Shown in pieces: positions 1 through 9,528 of a stretch of DNA of 54,501 nucleotides. The translations under genes were made by a program, and so were the position numbers. The stretch spans positions 1 through 54,501 of IMG/VR virus record IMGVR_UViG_3300017747_002190; one strand, given 5' to 3'. Origin of the DNA: a virus. Taxonomy: Duplodnaviria; Caudoviricetes. The notes beneath the pieces were generated by a model that saw nothing but the letters and a program-made list of their open reading frames with translations, made no database searches and was not told where the DNA came from. Numbering within the stretch: position 1 is the stretch's first letter; every line of letters begins with the position of its first letter.

Positions 1-123
1 CTGCCTGTGGGCGGCGTGGACGTGCTGCAGGCGCTGTACCGGCGTATGAACAGGCCGACGCCCAACAGCACTGGCGGGTACTCGTCCAGTGCCGGCGGGG
101 TGGTCGGCAACGCGTTCGACAAC
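1..123. repeat. Terminal direct repeat, copy 1 (identical to 54379-54501); circular assembly overlap
   Basis: ctgcctgtgggcggc...ttcgacaac is identical at both ends, and the reading frame continues across the join. Confidence 0.97.
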
Positions 124-846
124 AACATCGACACGCTCTGCACACAGACGAGCACCAACGGCAACATTGCGGTCAATTACGGCACCAACAACTCGGTGTA
201 CATCGGATCCATTGGGGTGCTTCCCGGCGCGTCTGGCGAGATTGACTCTGTCTTTGAGTATTCCGCGGACGGTCTGACGTGGAGCACGCTGTATGACCCT
301 GGCGTGCAGACGTGGGTGAACGGCGAGTGGCTGTGGTACGACATTGACCCTGGCCAAGATGTGCAGTATTACCGGATCCGCGCCAGAAACGGGTCGACGC
401 TGTCGCTGCGGGAGTTCTATCTCGGCAACAACTCGACCGAGATCACGATGGCCCGGCTGAATCGGGACGACTACACGAACCTGCCCAACAAGAACTTCAC
501 GGCCAACCAGCCGTTCCAGTTCTGGGTCAACCGCACGATCCCCCAGGCGAAGCTGTACCTGTGGCCGGTGCCGTCTGACCCGTTCGTGCAGATGACTCTG
601 TGGTACTCGCGGCAGATCATGGACGTGGGTGAGTTGTCTGGCGAGCTTGAGATCCCGCAGCGCTGGTATTTGGCGGTGCAGAACATGCTGGCGCACCAGA
701 TGGCCATGGAGCTCCCTGGCGTCGACATGGCGCGGGTTCAGTACCTGGAGCAGCAGGCCGAGAAGTACCTCACCCTGGCAGAGCAGGAAGAGCGCGACAA
801 GTCGCCGATCTACTTCGCACCATCGATCGCCTGCTACACGAGGTGA
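1..846 (+). CDS. C-terminal part of a head-tail adaptor/connector-like virion protein (starts at 54151), with an inserted discoidin/galactose-binding-like domain
   Basis: In frame with ATG at 54151 across the join; C-terminal LYLWPVP...IPQRWYLAVQNMLAHQMA...AEQEERD resembles podoviral adaptors; follows the capsid module. Confidence 0.7.
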   Translation: MPVGGVDVLQALYRRMNRPTPNSTGGYSSSAGGVVGNAFDNNIDTLCTQTSTNGNIAVNYGTNNSVYIGSIGVLPGASGEIDSVFEYSADGLTWSTLYDPGVQTWVNGEWLWYDIDPGQDVQYYRIRARNGSTLSLREFYLGNNSTEITMARLNRDDYTNLPNKNFTANQPFQFWVNRTIPQAKLYLWPVPSDPFVQMTLWYSRQIMDVGELSGELEIPQRWYLAVQNMLAHQMAMELPGVDMARVQYLEQQAEKYLTLAEQEERDKSPIYFAPSIACYTR

Positions 847-849
847 CGC

Positions 850-1197
850 ATGCCAGTGTTCCTTGACACCAGGGGCCTGTCTGACATCGCCATTGCAGTG
901 TGCGACCGCTGCAAGATGAAGCGTGCTCATGCCGAGATGCGGCCGGACCCCAACTTCCCCGGGCTGCAGGTCTGCGGCCAGGGGTGTGCGGACGAGAAGG
1001 ACCCGTACCGGCTGCCGGCTCGCAAGACGGAGCGGATCACAATCCGGTTCCCGCGGCCGGACGTGAGCGTTGCCGTTCAGGACAACAACCTGATCACCGG
1101 CCCGTATGGTGGCGCCGTCATCTCAACTCAGCAGAACACGGAGACGCCATCTCAGAACGGGAACCTGGACGGCATTGACGTGCAACCCGAGGGATAA
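850..1197 (+). CDS. Conserved small late protein with CDRC...C..C motif
   Basis: IAIAVCDRCKMKR...GLQVCGQGCADEKDP...RFPRPD; tightly packed in the late operon. Confidence 0.7.
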   Translation: MPVFLDTRGLSDIAIAVCDRCKMKRAHAEMRPDPNFPGLQVCGQGCADEKDPYRLPARKTERITIRFPRPDVSVAVQDNNLITGPYGGAVISTQQNTETPSQNGNLDGIDVQPEG

Positions 1198-3771
1198 ATG
1201 CCAAACGTAACCATCACACAGCTACCGGCCGCCGGCCCGATTGTGGGCACTGAGGCTGTGCCGATCGTGCAGGATGGTCAGACGCGGCAGACCACTGCAG
1301 CGGCGCTCGCCGCCTCGCCATCGCAGTTCCAGACCTTCCTGACGCTGAACCAGGAGCCGACGCTTCCCAACAGCCGGCGCCTGTCCGTACAAACGGGCCT
1401 GGGGCTCACGGACAACGGAGCGCTGTCTACCCTATCCCTGAGCCTCAACGGCGCCTCTGGGGCCCTAGAAACGGCCTTGACGGGCATCGTGGCGAAGACG
1501 GGCTCCACGACGGTCGTGGCTCGGACCCTGACGGCGTCTGGCCTGGGCTTGAGCATCACCAATGGGAGCGGCGTTTCTGGCAACCCGACGTTTGCTCTGA
1601 CGGGGCAAGTGGCTGGGCTGGCGAACCTGACTGGCCCGGGCATGGTCTCTGTGGGCGGCGGGTCTGTGAACGCCAGGGTGCTTCAGGGCACGACGAACGA
1701 GATTTTGGTGGCCAACGGCGACGGACTGGCCAATCCGACCATTCGACTGGCCTTTGACCCGGTAGTCCCTGGTACTGCTGGCCTGACCATCCCTATTGGC
1801 ACGACCGCGGAAAGAGGGTCCGGGGCTGACGGCAGGATTCGGTACAACTCCACTCTGTCTGTGTATGAGGGCTACTCTGCAGGCAGTTGGGTCTCGTTTG
1901 GGGGCGCGGGGGCGGTCGTGACCTCCTTCAGTGCAGGCACAACAGGCCTGTCTCCTTCTGCCCCGACAGGAGGGGCGGTTGTCCTAGGCGGCACCCTGAG
2001 CGTTGGCAACGGCGGAACCGGGCAGGTCACCTACACCGACGGCCAGCTTTTGATTGGCAACAGCACGGGCAATACCCTTGCGAAGGCCACCTTGACCGCT
2101 GGATCTGGCATCGCCATCACCAATGGCGCCGGGTCAATCACAATCTCAATAGCCAGCACGGTTGCGATCACAGGCGGGACGATTGACAACACGGTCATCG
2201 GGGGAACAACCCCGGCTGCAGGCACGTTCACTTCGGTGGCGATGACCTCTGGCACGATCGCCACTGCTCCGGTCAGTGGCAATGACATCGTCAACAAGAC
2301 CTATGCCGACTCGATCGCCGCGGGCATCAACTTCCACCAGTCCTGCCGGCTGGCCACCGCAACGGCTCTTCCGTCTTGCACCTACAGCAACGGGATTTCT
2401 GGCGTAGGTGCGACGTTGACGGCAACGGCCAACGGGCCTTTGTCGGTTGACAGCACTCTTGTGGCTGCCACCAACCGGATTCTTGTCAAGAACCAAGTCA
2501 ACGCTGCGCACAACGGCGTCTACACGGTCACGCAGGTTGGGAACACGTCCCCCGGCGCTCCGTTCATCCTGACCCGCGCGACCGACTTTGACTCAACTGG
2601 GTCTGGTGTTGACCAGATCGACGCAGGTGACTTCTTCCTGATCACCGCTGGGTCAACCCTGGCCAACACCTCGTGGGTGCAGCAGACGCCTCTGCCGATC
2701 ACGATTGGGACCACGGCGATCGTCTTCTCGCAGTTCGGTGCGCCTCTGACCTATTCGGCTGGAACCGGGCTCAACGAGTCTCCTGCCTACACCTTCAACA
2801 TCGCCAACACCGGGGTCTCTTCTGGGTCTTACGGCAGCGCCTCAAGCGTGCCGGTGCTCTCGGTCAATGCTCAAGGTCAGATCACGACGGCGGTCAGCAC
2901 CTCAATTGCGATCGACGCGTCTCAGGTGACATCTGGTGCCCTCGCGGTGGTCAACGGTGGCACGGGGCAGACGACCTACACGGACGGCCAGTTGCTGATC
3001 GGCAACAGCACCGGCAACACGCTTGCCAAGTCGACGCTGACGCAGGGATCCGGCATCACGATTACCAACGGCGCGGGGTCTATTACCGTCTCCAACGCGT
3101 CGCCGATGACATACCCAGGCGCGGGTATACCCAACTCAACGGGAAGCGCCTGGGGGACGTCCTACAGCACCACAGGCAGCGGCACGGTGGTGGCTCTGGC
3201 GACGTCTCCGTCGTTCACCACGCCGGACCTGGGGGCGGCTACCGCCACGAGCGTCAACAAGGTTGCGCTGACGGCGCCGGCCGGCGGGGCCACGTTGACG
3301 ATCGCTGACACCAAGACGCTGACGGTCAGCAACACGTTGACGTTCACCGGGACTGATGGCACCTCGTTTGCCTACCCGGGCTCCAGCGGCACCGTCGTGA
3401 CCCTGGACGCGACGCAGACGCTGACCAACAAGCGCATCACGGCCCGGGTCAGTTCGACGTCCAGCATCTCTTCGCCCTTGGCGTGGAACAGCGACAACTT
3501 TGACCAGTACGCTGCGACGGCCCAGGCTGGAGCTCTGACGATCAACGCTGACTCTGGAACGCCAACGGACGGCCAGCGGGCCATCTTCCGCTTCAAGGAC
3601 AACGGAACGCCTCGGGCGTTGAGTTGGACGACAGGCAGCACCAACAGCTTCCAGGCGATTGGCGTGACCCTGCCGATTACGACAGTTGCCAACAAGACCA
3701 CCTACGTTGGCGTGATCTACAACGCCTCATCGTCCCGCTGGGACGCAGTGGCAGTGACGACTGAAGCATGA
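1198..3771 (+). CDS. Tail fibre / fibre-like virion protein, 857 aa
   Basis: Rich in Thr, Gly, Ser and Ala; duplicated NGGTGQxTYTDGQLLIGNSTGNTLAK segment; VNKTYAD and RILVKNQ...NGVYTV...LTRATD fibre motifs. Confidence 0.8.
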   Translation: MPNVTITQLPAAGPIVGTEAVPIVQDGQTRQTTAAALAASPSQFQTFLTLNQEPTLPNSRRLSVQTGLGLTDNGALSTLSLSLNGASGALETALTGIVAKTGSTTVVARTLTASGLGLSITNGSGVSGNPTFALTGQVAGLANLTGPGMVSVGGGSVNARVLQGTTNEILVANGDGLANPTIRLAFDPVVPGTAGLTIPIGTTAERGSGADGRIRYNSTLSVYEGYSAGSWVSFGGAGAVVTSFSAGTTGLSPSAPTGGAVVLGGTLSVGNGGTGQVTYTDGQLLIGNSTGNTLAKATLTAGSGIAITNGAGSITISIASTVAITGGTIDNTVIGGTTPAAGTFTSVAMTSGTIATAPVSGNDIVNKTYADSIAAGINFHQSCRLATATALPSCTYSNGISGVGATLTATANGPLSVDSTLVAATNRILVKNQVNAAHNGVYTVTQVGNTSPGAPFILTRATDFDSTGSGVDQIDAGDFFLITAGSTLANTSWVQQTPLPITIGTTAIVFSQFGAPLTYSAGTGLNESPAYTFNIANTGVSSGSYGSASSVPVLSVNAQGQITTAVSTSIAIDASQVTSGALAVVNGGTGQTTYTDGQLLIGNSTGNTLAKSTLTQGSGITITNGAGSITVSNASPMTYPGAGIPNSTGSAWGTSYSTTGSGTVVALATSPSFTTPDLGAATATSVNKVALTAPAGGATLTIADTKTLTVSNTLTFTGTDGTSFAYPGSSGTVVTLDATQTLTNKRITARVSSTSSISSPLAWNSDNFDQYAATAQAGALTINADSGTPTDGQRAIFRFKDNGTPRALSWTTGSTNSFQAIGVTLPITTVANKTTYVGVIYNASSSRWDAVAVTTEA

Positions 3772-3938
3772 GCATGAAGATTGATTTTTCCTTTGAAACT
3801 CCTTACGGGAAGTTTGCTGATGCGCTGTGGTTCCACGACGATCAGGACATCCCTACGGCCGAAGAGATTGAGGCCATGAAGCAGAGGCGGCTGGACAACT
3901 GGATTGCTGCCATCACTGCGCCACCTGCTGAGGAGTAA
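3768..3938 (+). CDS. Small 56-aa protein between fibre genes (possible fibre assembly factor); below the ORF-track cutoff
   Basis: ATGA overlap with the upstream stop; MSMKIDFSFETPYGKFADALWFHDDQDIPTAEEIEAMKQRRLDNWIAAITAPPAEE; ends 2 nt before the next start. Confidence 0.7.
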   Translation: MSMKIDFSFETPYGKFADALWFHDDQDIPTAEEIEAMKQRRLDNWIAAITAPPAEE

Positions 3939-3940
3939 CA

Positions 3941-6900
3941 GTGGCCAATCGTTACTGGGTAGGTGGGTCTGGCACCTGGAACACAACGTCCACAACAAAC
4001 TGGTCAGCATCGCCCGGCGGGCCAAGCGGGGCGTCTGTTCCGACATCTGCTGATTCTGTCTTTTTTGATCGGACTGCCACCTATACCGTCACGATGACGG
4101 GTGCTTTGGCTTGCCTAGACATTACAGTGTCTGCTGGCACTGTAACGTTTGCGGTCGGCTCCGCCCCAACACTTGGAATTAGTGGGTCAATGTCATTGAC
4201 TGCGGCCACAATATGGGGCAATACAGGCGCAATTACTTTTAGGTCTACGGTCGCCGGCCAAACAATTACAACCAATGGCGTAAGCATAGGCTCCGCAATT
4301 GTGTTCGATGGAGTCGGCGGCGAATGGACTCTTGTTGGCGCGCTCACCACCACAAATTCAATCACGGTCACCAACGGCACATTTGCCACAGGTATTTATA
4401 ATTTAACCGCCACCAGTATTGCATCCAACAATTCAAATGTAAGAACCATTAACTTTGGCTCTAGCTCAGTATTGTGCTCCAGCCCAACTGCAATAAACTT
4501 TACAAACAGCACCAATCTGACATTTAATGCCGGCACGTCAACAATAACATCGGCAATAACTGCCACGACCGTGGCGTTCAACGGCGGCGGGCTTGCGTTT
4601 TACAATGTGTCTTTTGCGGCCACAACTGGTGTTGCCGCAACAATTACTGGCGCCAATTCCTTCAACAATTTGTCTTTTGCGGGAAGAACGAGTGCCGGTG
4701 TTCAGTCCGTTGTATTCGGCGCAAGTCAAACAATAAACGGTATTTTGACCGTGTCTGCTGGCACAAACGCCACGATGCGGAACTTTTTACGCTCCTCAAC
4801 AATTGGCACTTCAGTGACCTTGACGTGCGCCAATGTGAGTTTTACTGATGTCGACTTTAGAGACATAACCATAGCAGGCGCGGCCGCACCAGCATCAGGC
4901 CCTCGATTGGGCGACTGCAAGGGAAACAGCGGCATCACGTTTACGGCTGCTGCAAACAAATTCTGGAACCTTGCTGGCGGCGGCAACTGGTCTGGTACTG
5001 GATGGGCTTTGTCTGGAGGCGGGGCGGTTGCAGTCAACAACTTCCCTCTGGCGCAAGACACCTGCATTTTCCAAGCTACTGGCTTGAACTCTGGCGCGAC
5101 GATCACCGTCAACGCCTCGTACAACATCGGCACCATTGACATGAGTGCCAGAACCGCCAACACGATGACGTTGGCAACTGGCACCACCGCTCCGTCAATT
5201 TATGGAAACTGGATCAATGGGACTGGAACCACGCTCACCGGTACTGGCACATTTACGTTTGCCGGTCGTGGGGCTCAAACAATAACAAGTGCCGGAATTA
5301 CATTCACGCAGGCATTCAGTATAACCAGCAGAGGTGGGTCTGTTACGCTTCAGGACGCCCTTACTACATCAAATATCCTTGCCATACCAACAATTGAGAT
5401 TCGCTTGGGAACTCTTGATCTTGCGTCTTACAATCTCACGCAATCAGGAAATTCTTCGCAAGGTTTGGCTATACCTGCAAATTTTGGCGACGCGGCATTG
5501 TCGCTTGGCTCAGGAACATTAACCATTGCGGCCCAGGGGCTCACCACATTCAACAACCCATCGGGATGCACAGTCAGCGGCACCGGAACCATTAGAATGA
5601 CTTCCGCATTTGCCAAGCGCTTTGTTGGCGGAAGTTTTGCTTACACCAATATTACGCTTGATCAAGGTGGAGCCGGCGCCCTCACTATCGCTGGAAGCAA
5701 CACGTTCTCAAACATAACAAACAGCTACAACGCAACCGGCGCAGCTACGATAACCCTGACGGCGGGAACGACGCAGACTGTCTCAAACTTCACTGCATCT
5801 GGGCGTTCCGGCAGCGTCTTGACATTGAATAGCTCGGTTGCCGGGTCGACTGCAACCATCTCCAAGGCAAGCGGGATTGTTGCTGTTGCGTATATGTCCA
5901 TTCAAGACAATATTGCAACAGGCGGCGCAACATGGCGCGCTTACACGTCCACAGATCTTGGCAACAACACTGGCTGGAGCATTACTGCCAACGATGCATT
6001 TTGGTGGATTGTTGGCAGTGGCACATGGGATAGCGCGACCACGTCAAGTTGGTCGACGTCTCCAGTGGGTGTCGCTGGGGCTACTGTCCCGGCCACCACG
6101 AATGATGTGTATTTTTACAATTCAACAACCTACACCGTCACAGTAGCGATTGGTGCGGCCTGCAGCACCCTTACGATGTTGAGCGGTGTTGTGACGTTTG
6201 CCGGCCTATCAACCTCAACATTGACGGTCAATAGGTCAATGATTCTGTTGGCCGGCACCACTTGGAGCATGGCGGGTGTCATAACATTTAACTCAACTTC
6301 GTCTGGGAACACCATCACGACAGGCGGCGCAACCATAAGTGCTGGCATTGTCTTGGATGGAGCCGCCGGGTCATGGCTTCTTGGTGATGCTCTCACAATA
6401 TCAAAGGCTGGAGCCGGAGCATTCACACTGGCCAATGGAACTGTAGACTTGAACGGCTACACGTTGAGCCTGACTAGCTCAACATCAACATTTTTGATTG
6501 CTGCCGGCACCAAGTCCATTATATTTGACGGCGGAGTAATTACAACCAACGGCGCTGGCACAACGGCCTTCAACAATGCCAACCCAATCGGGTTCACCAC
6601 ATCTGCCGGCACTGGCAATGGTGTCATCAGCCTGACCAGCGCTTCTACCAAGACATTCGTTGGGGGTGGGTCTACATATGCGTGCGCCATCAATCAGGGC
6701 GGCGCCGGGGCTCTGACCATATCTGGCTCAAACACGTTCAGCGACATCACGAACACTTATGTTGCTACTGGGGCGACGTCGATAGTATTCGCCGCCAGCA
6801 GTACGCAAACGGTCGCTGCATTTACTGCGACGGGCGCTGTCGGCAATGTGCTGACAATGAATAGCTCAAGCACAACCAGGGCCACAATTGCGTACTCCGG

Positions 6901-8008
6901 GGTTGGGTCCATCACAAATTTGGACTACCTTAGCGTCAGGGATTTGGCGTTCACGCCTGGGCCGGCGACAAACGGGTCAACGCCGTACGTTTGGTATCTG
7001 GGCGGAAACTCAACAAACAGAGGAAATAACATCGGTGGCCTGTTTCAGCCAAGCACGTTTGTGGCTCCGGCAACAGGCCCGATAAAGGTGTATCAGATAA
7101 CGAATACTGCCACAACGTCTTGGACTTTTCCCGCCGACTGGAATTCAACGAGCAACTCAATTCACATTATTGGCGGCGGCGGCAGTGGAGCGACGGGTGC
7201 TGTAGCGGGGAGCAACCGCGCTGCAGGCGGCGGTGGCGGCGGTGGTGGGTGTACCGTCATTACCAACTATGTGGCGTCTCCGTCGTCGACGATCACGGTT
7301 GCGGTTGGCTCTGCTGGTTCTGGTGGCGGCGCTGGCGGCAACACCAGTTGGGATTCTGGCGCCTTCGTCGCTGGCGGCGGTCAGCCGGGGTCTGCCACAA
7401 CAACCCCATCGTCGTCTGGCGGGACTGGTGGTACGGGGGCCTATGCTGGCGGCCAGGGTGGCGCGGGTTCGTTCGGTACTACTGCGTCTCAGGGCTACGG
7501 CGCTGGAGGCGGCGGCGGCGCTGGCGGCCCCAATGGTGCTGGCGGAGCGGGCGGCAATGGGTTTGGGTCAACGACTGCTGCAAGCGTGGCTGGCGGCGGT
7601 GGCGGCGGCAACGGCGGCGGGTCTGCTGGCGGGAACGCTGCTTCTGCTGTGGGTGGAGCAGGCGGCAACAACTTTGGCGCGACGGGCGGCGGGACTGCCC
7701 CGGGCGGCGCTGGTACTGTTGGTGGTGGTGGCGCCGGCAACGTCAACACAAGCGCCGGTGGCCAGGGCGGCCCCGGCATAGACATATTGAACACCATCGG
7801 TAGCGGAGGCGGTCGAGGTGGCGCCGCTGCTGCAGCAGGAGGCAACAACACTGCAGGCGTGTATGGTGGCGGTGGTGCTGGCGGAGGAGTCTCCACGGCA
7901 GGCACGGGGTCCGCAGGCGGGAACGGGGCTCAGGGCATCATCATCATTGCGTACACACCCGGCGCCGGGGCGAACAACTCGGCGTTCCTGATGTTCTGCC
8001 GGTGGTGA
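3941..8008 (+). CDS. Large adhesin/tail-fibre-like protein, 1355 aa: three ~345-aa solenoid-like modules plus a C-terminal glycine-rich domain
   Basis: RYWVGGSGTW...VP...DSVFF-type motif recurs three times; Gly-rich tail ends GGNGAQGIIIIAY; more AT-rich than the flanking genes. Confidence 0.8.
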   Translation: MANRYWVGGSGTWNTTSTTNWSASPGGPSGASVPTSADSVFFDRTATYTVTMTGALACLDITVSAGTVTFAVGSAPTLGISGSMSLTAATIWGNTGAITFRSTVAGQTITTNGVSIGSAIVFDGVGGEWTLVGALTTTNSITVTNGTFATGIYNLTATSIASNNSNVRTINFGSSSVLCSSPTAINFTNSTNLTFNAGTSTITSAITATTVAFNGGGLAFYNVSFAATTGVAATITGANSFNNLSFAGRTSAGVQSVVFGASQTINGILTVSAGTNATMRNFLRSSTIGTSVTLTCANVSFTDVDFRDITIAGAAAPASGPRLGDCKGNSGITFTAAANKFWNLAGGGNWSGTGWALSGGGAVAVNNFPLAQDTCIFQATGLNSGATITVNASYNIGTIDMSARTANTMTLATGTTAPSIYGNWINGTGTTLTGTGTFTFAGRGAQTITSAGITFTQAFSITSRGGSVTLQDALTTSNILAIPTIEIRLGTLDLASYNLTQSGNSSQGLAIPANFGDAALSLGSGTLTIAAQGLTTFNNPSGCTVSGTGTIRMTSAFAKRFVGGSFAYTNITLDQGGAGALTIAGSNTFSNITNSYNATGAATITLTAGTTQTVSNFTASGRSGSVLTLNSSVAGSTATISKASGIVAVAYMSIQDNIATGGATWRAYTSTDLGNNTGWSITANDAFWWIVGSGTWDSATTSSWSTSPVGVAGATVPATTNDVYFYNSTTYTVTVAIGAACSTLTMLSGVVTFAGLSTSTLTVNRSMILLAGTTWSMAGVITFNSTSSGNTITTGGATISAGIVLDGAAGSWLLGDALTISKAGAGAFTLANGTVDLNGYTLSLTSSTSTFLIAAGTKSIIFDGGVITTNGAGTTAFNNANPIGFTTSAGTGNGVISLTSASTKTFVGGGSTYACAINQGGAGALTISGSNTFSDITNTYVATGATSIVFAASSTQTVAAFTATGAVGNVLTMNSSSTTRATIAYSGVGSITNLDYLSVRDLAFTPGPATNGSTPYVWYLGGNSTNRGNNIGGLFQPSTFVAPATGPIKVYQITNTATTSWTFPADWNSTSNSIHIIGGGGSGATGAVAGSNRAAGGGGGGGGCTVITNYVASPSSTITVAVGSAGSGGGAGGNTSWDSGAFVAGGGQPGSATTTPSSSGGTGGTGAYAGGQGGAGSFGTTASQGYGAGGGGGAGGPNGAGGAGGNGFGSTTAASVAGGGGGGNGGGSAGGNAASAVGGAGGNNFGATGGGTAPGGAGTVGGGGAGNVNTSAGGQGGPGIDILNTIGSGGGRGGAAAAAGGNNTAGVYGGGGAGGGVSTAGTGSAGGNGAQGIIIIAYTPGAGANNSAFLMFCRW

Positions 8009-8044
8009 GTGCTGACAGTAACATCCATATTGAGTGCAGAAGCC

Positions 8045-8263
8045 ATGAGTCTGACCATGCAACAGAAGGCTGATTTGACGGCGGAGGCGATGAAGGCCGC
8101 CCCGCCTGTCACGGTGGCTGGCGCGACCGTCGCCGGCATCCAGGTGAACGATCTGATCCTGTGGGCCACGTTGGTCTATGTGGTGCTGCAGATCGCGTTC
8201 TTGCTGTACAGGTGGCACAAGATGCATACGACCAAGAAGGGAGAGCGTGATGGCGTGGACTGA
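8045..8263 (+). CDS. Holin, resembling the T7 gp17.5 class II type
   Basis: KAAPPVTVAGATVAGIQVNDLILWATLVYVVLQIAFLLY with a charged C-terminus; upstream of the lysozyme. Confidence 0.65.
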   Translation: MSLTMQQKADLTAEAMKAAPPVTVAGATVAGIQVNDLILWATLVYVVLQIAFLLYRWHKMHTTKKGERDGVD

Positions 8264-8525
8264 TGTTCTCAAGGCGGTCATCCCCATCGTGGTGATGTGC
8301 CTTGCGTGGCTTCTGGGGCAGGTCAACTCGTTCTCGAAGCGGCTGACCAAGATTGAGGGCCACATGCCGGCGCTGATCACCAAGGAAGGGATTCCTACCG
8401 ACAGCCCGCTTTCTGCCGAGCGCAGGGCCATCATGAAGGAGCAGTTGATGCTCCACATCAACGACCTCCAAGTCAAGGTCAAGCTCCTTGAAGAGCGCGA
8501 GAAGTTCGTGAAGGGGACCAAGTAA
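8250..8525 (+). CDS. Small membrane-anchored coiled-coil protein in the lysis cluster
   Basis: N-terminal TM segment AVIPIVVMCLAWLLG followed by a coiled-coil-like tail. Confidence 0.6.
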   Translation: MAWTDVLKAVIPIVVMCLAWLLGQVNSFSKRLTKIEGHMPALITKEGIPTDSPLSAERRAIMKEQLMLHINDLQVKVKLLEEREKFVKGTK

Positions 8526-9028
8526 TGCTGTCGCTTCTGTCTACTCTTGGCGGCCTGCTGATCAGCGGCCTGCCCAAGCTGCTGGAGTTTTTCCAGAACA
8601 AGTCCGACCAGAAGCACGAGATCGCCCTGGCGCGTCTGCAGACCGAGCGGGAACTCCAGCTTGCGGCTCAGGGGTATGCCTCCCAGGCCAAGATGGAGGA
8701 GATCCGCGTTGAGCAGGTGGCGATGCAGACCGAGGCGCAGATGACCGAGGCTGCGCTCAGGCACGACGAGAAGGTGCTGGAGAAGGCCAGCCGCTGGGTT
8801 GCCAACTACGTCGGCACGGTGCGCCCGACGGTGACCTATATTTTCATCATCGAGTTGGTGCTGATCAACGCTGCTCTGACGCTGTACGTCTGGAAGCATC
8901 CGGGCCTGATCCAGTCGGTGGATGACCTGATCCGGGTGACGGCGATCATCTTCAGCGAGGACGAGATGGCCATGCTGGGCGGAATCATCGGGTTCTGGTT
9001 CGGCAGCAGGCAGTGGAGCAAGAAGTGA
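8525..9028 (+). CDS. Holin-like membrane protein (3TM-holin-like)
   Basis: Amphipathic N-terminus, VRPTVTYIF TM segment, C-terminal IIGFWFGSRQWSKK; directly before the endolysin. Confidence 0.65.
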   Translation: MLSLLSTLGGLLISGLPKLLEFFQNKSDQKHEIALARLQTERELQLAAQGYASQAKMEEIRVEQVAMQTEAQMTEAALRHDEKVLEKASRWVANYVGTVRPTVTYIFIIELVLINAALTLYVWKHPGLIQSVDDLIRVTAIIFSEDEMAMLGGIIGFWFGSRQWSKK

Positions 9029-9528
9029 AGCTGAGCCCGGAGGGCGCTGCGCTGATGCACCGGTACGAGGGCTACAGGAACAAGCCCTACCTGTGCCCTG
9101 CGCACATCTGGACGATCGGGTACGGGCATGTTCTGTATCAGGATCAGATTCAGCTTCCCATGGTTCGCAAGGAGGGGTATGAAGGCTTCATCAGGCGGGA
9201 CTACCCGCTACGTCCGGAGCACAACCGTGTCTGGTCAAAGCAGGAGATCGATGCGCTTTTCGACGCTGACGTCGCTGCTTTTGAGCGAGGTGTTCTACGT
9301 CTGGTTCCCGGCGGTGCTGGTCGTCAAGGGCGGTTTGACGCTCTGGTCTCTTTTGCGTACAACGCCGGTCTAGGCAACCTGCAGCGCAGCCAGATCAGGA
9401 TGAAGGCCAACCGCGGCGATGTGGAAGGGGCGGCTGACGCGTTCATGCAGTGGACGAAGGCCGGCGGCCGGGAGCTTCCCGGGCTTGTGAGGCGGCGTAC
9501 GGATGAACGTGCGCTGTTCCTGAGATGA
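9025..9528 (+). CDS. Endolysin, GH24 phage lysozyme
   Basis: YEGYRNKPYLCPAHIWTIGYGH catalytic region, FDALVSFAYNAG and GLVRRRTDERALF. Confidence 0.92.
   Translation: MKLSPEGAALMHRYEGYRNKPYLCPAHIWTIGYGHVLYQDQIQLPMVRKEGYEGFIRRDYPLRPEHNRVWSKQEIDALFDADVAAFERGVLRLVPGGAGRQGRFDALVSFAYNAGLGNLQRSQIRMKANRGDVEGAADAFMQWTKAGGRELPGLVRRRTDERALFLR

Noticed and set aside
7170-7930. GGC/GGT-rich low-complexity tract and its long overlapping ORFs, and its many GG dipeptides as instances of the GG motif
   Set aside because: Explained by a glycine-rich fibre domain; the GG pairs mostly lack the Phi-[AKQR]-x context, and the alternative ORFs are frame shadows.
2000-8008. Fibre-gene repeats as a diversity-generating retroelement TR/VR pair or invertible shufflon
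   Set aside because: No reverse transcriptase or invertase gene, and differences between copies are not confined to adenines.
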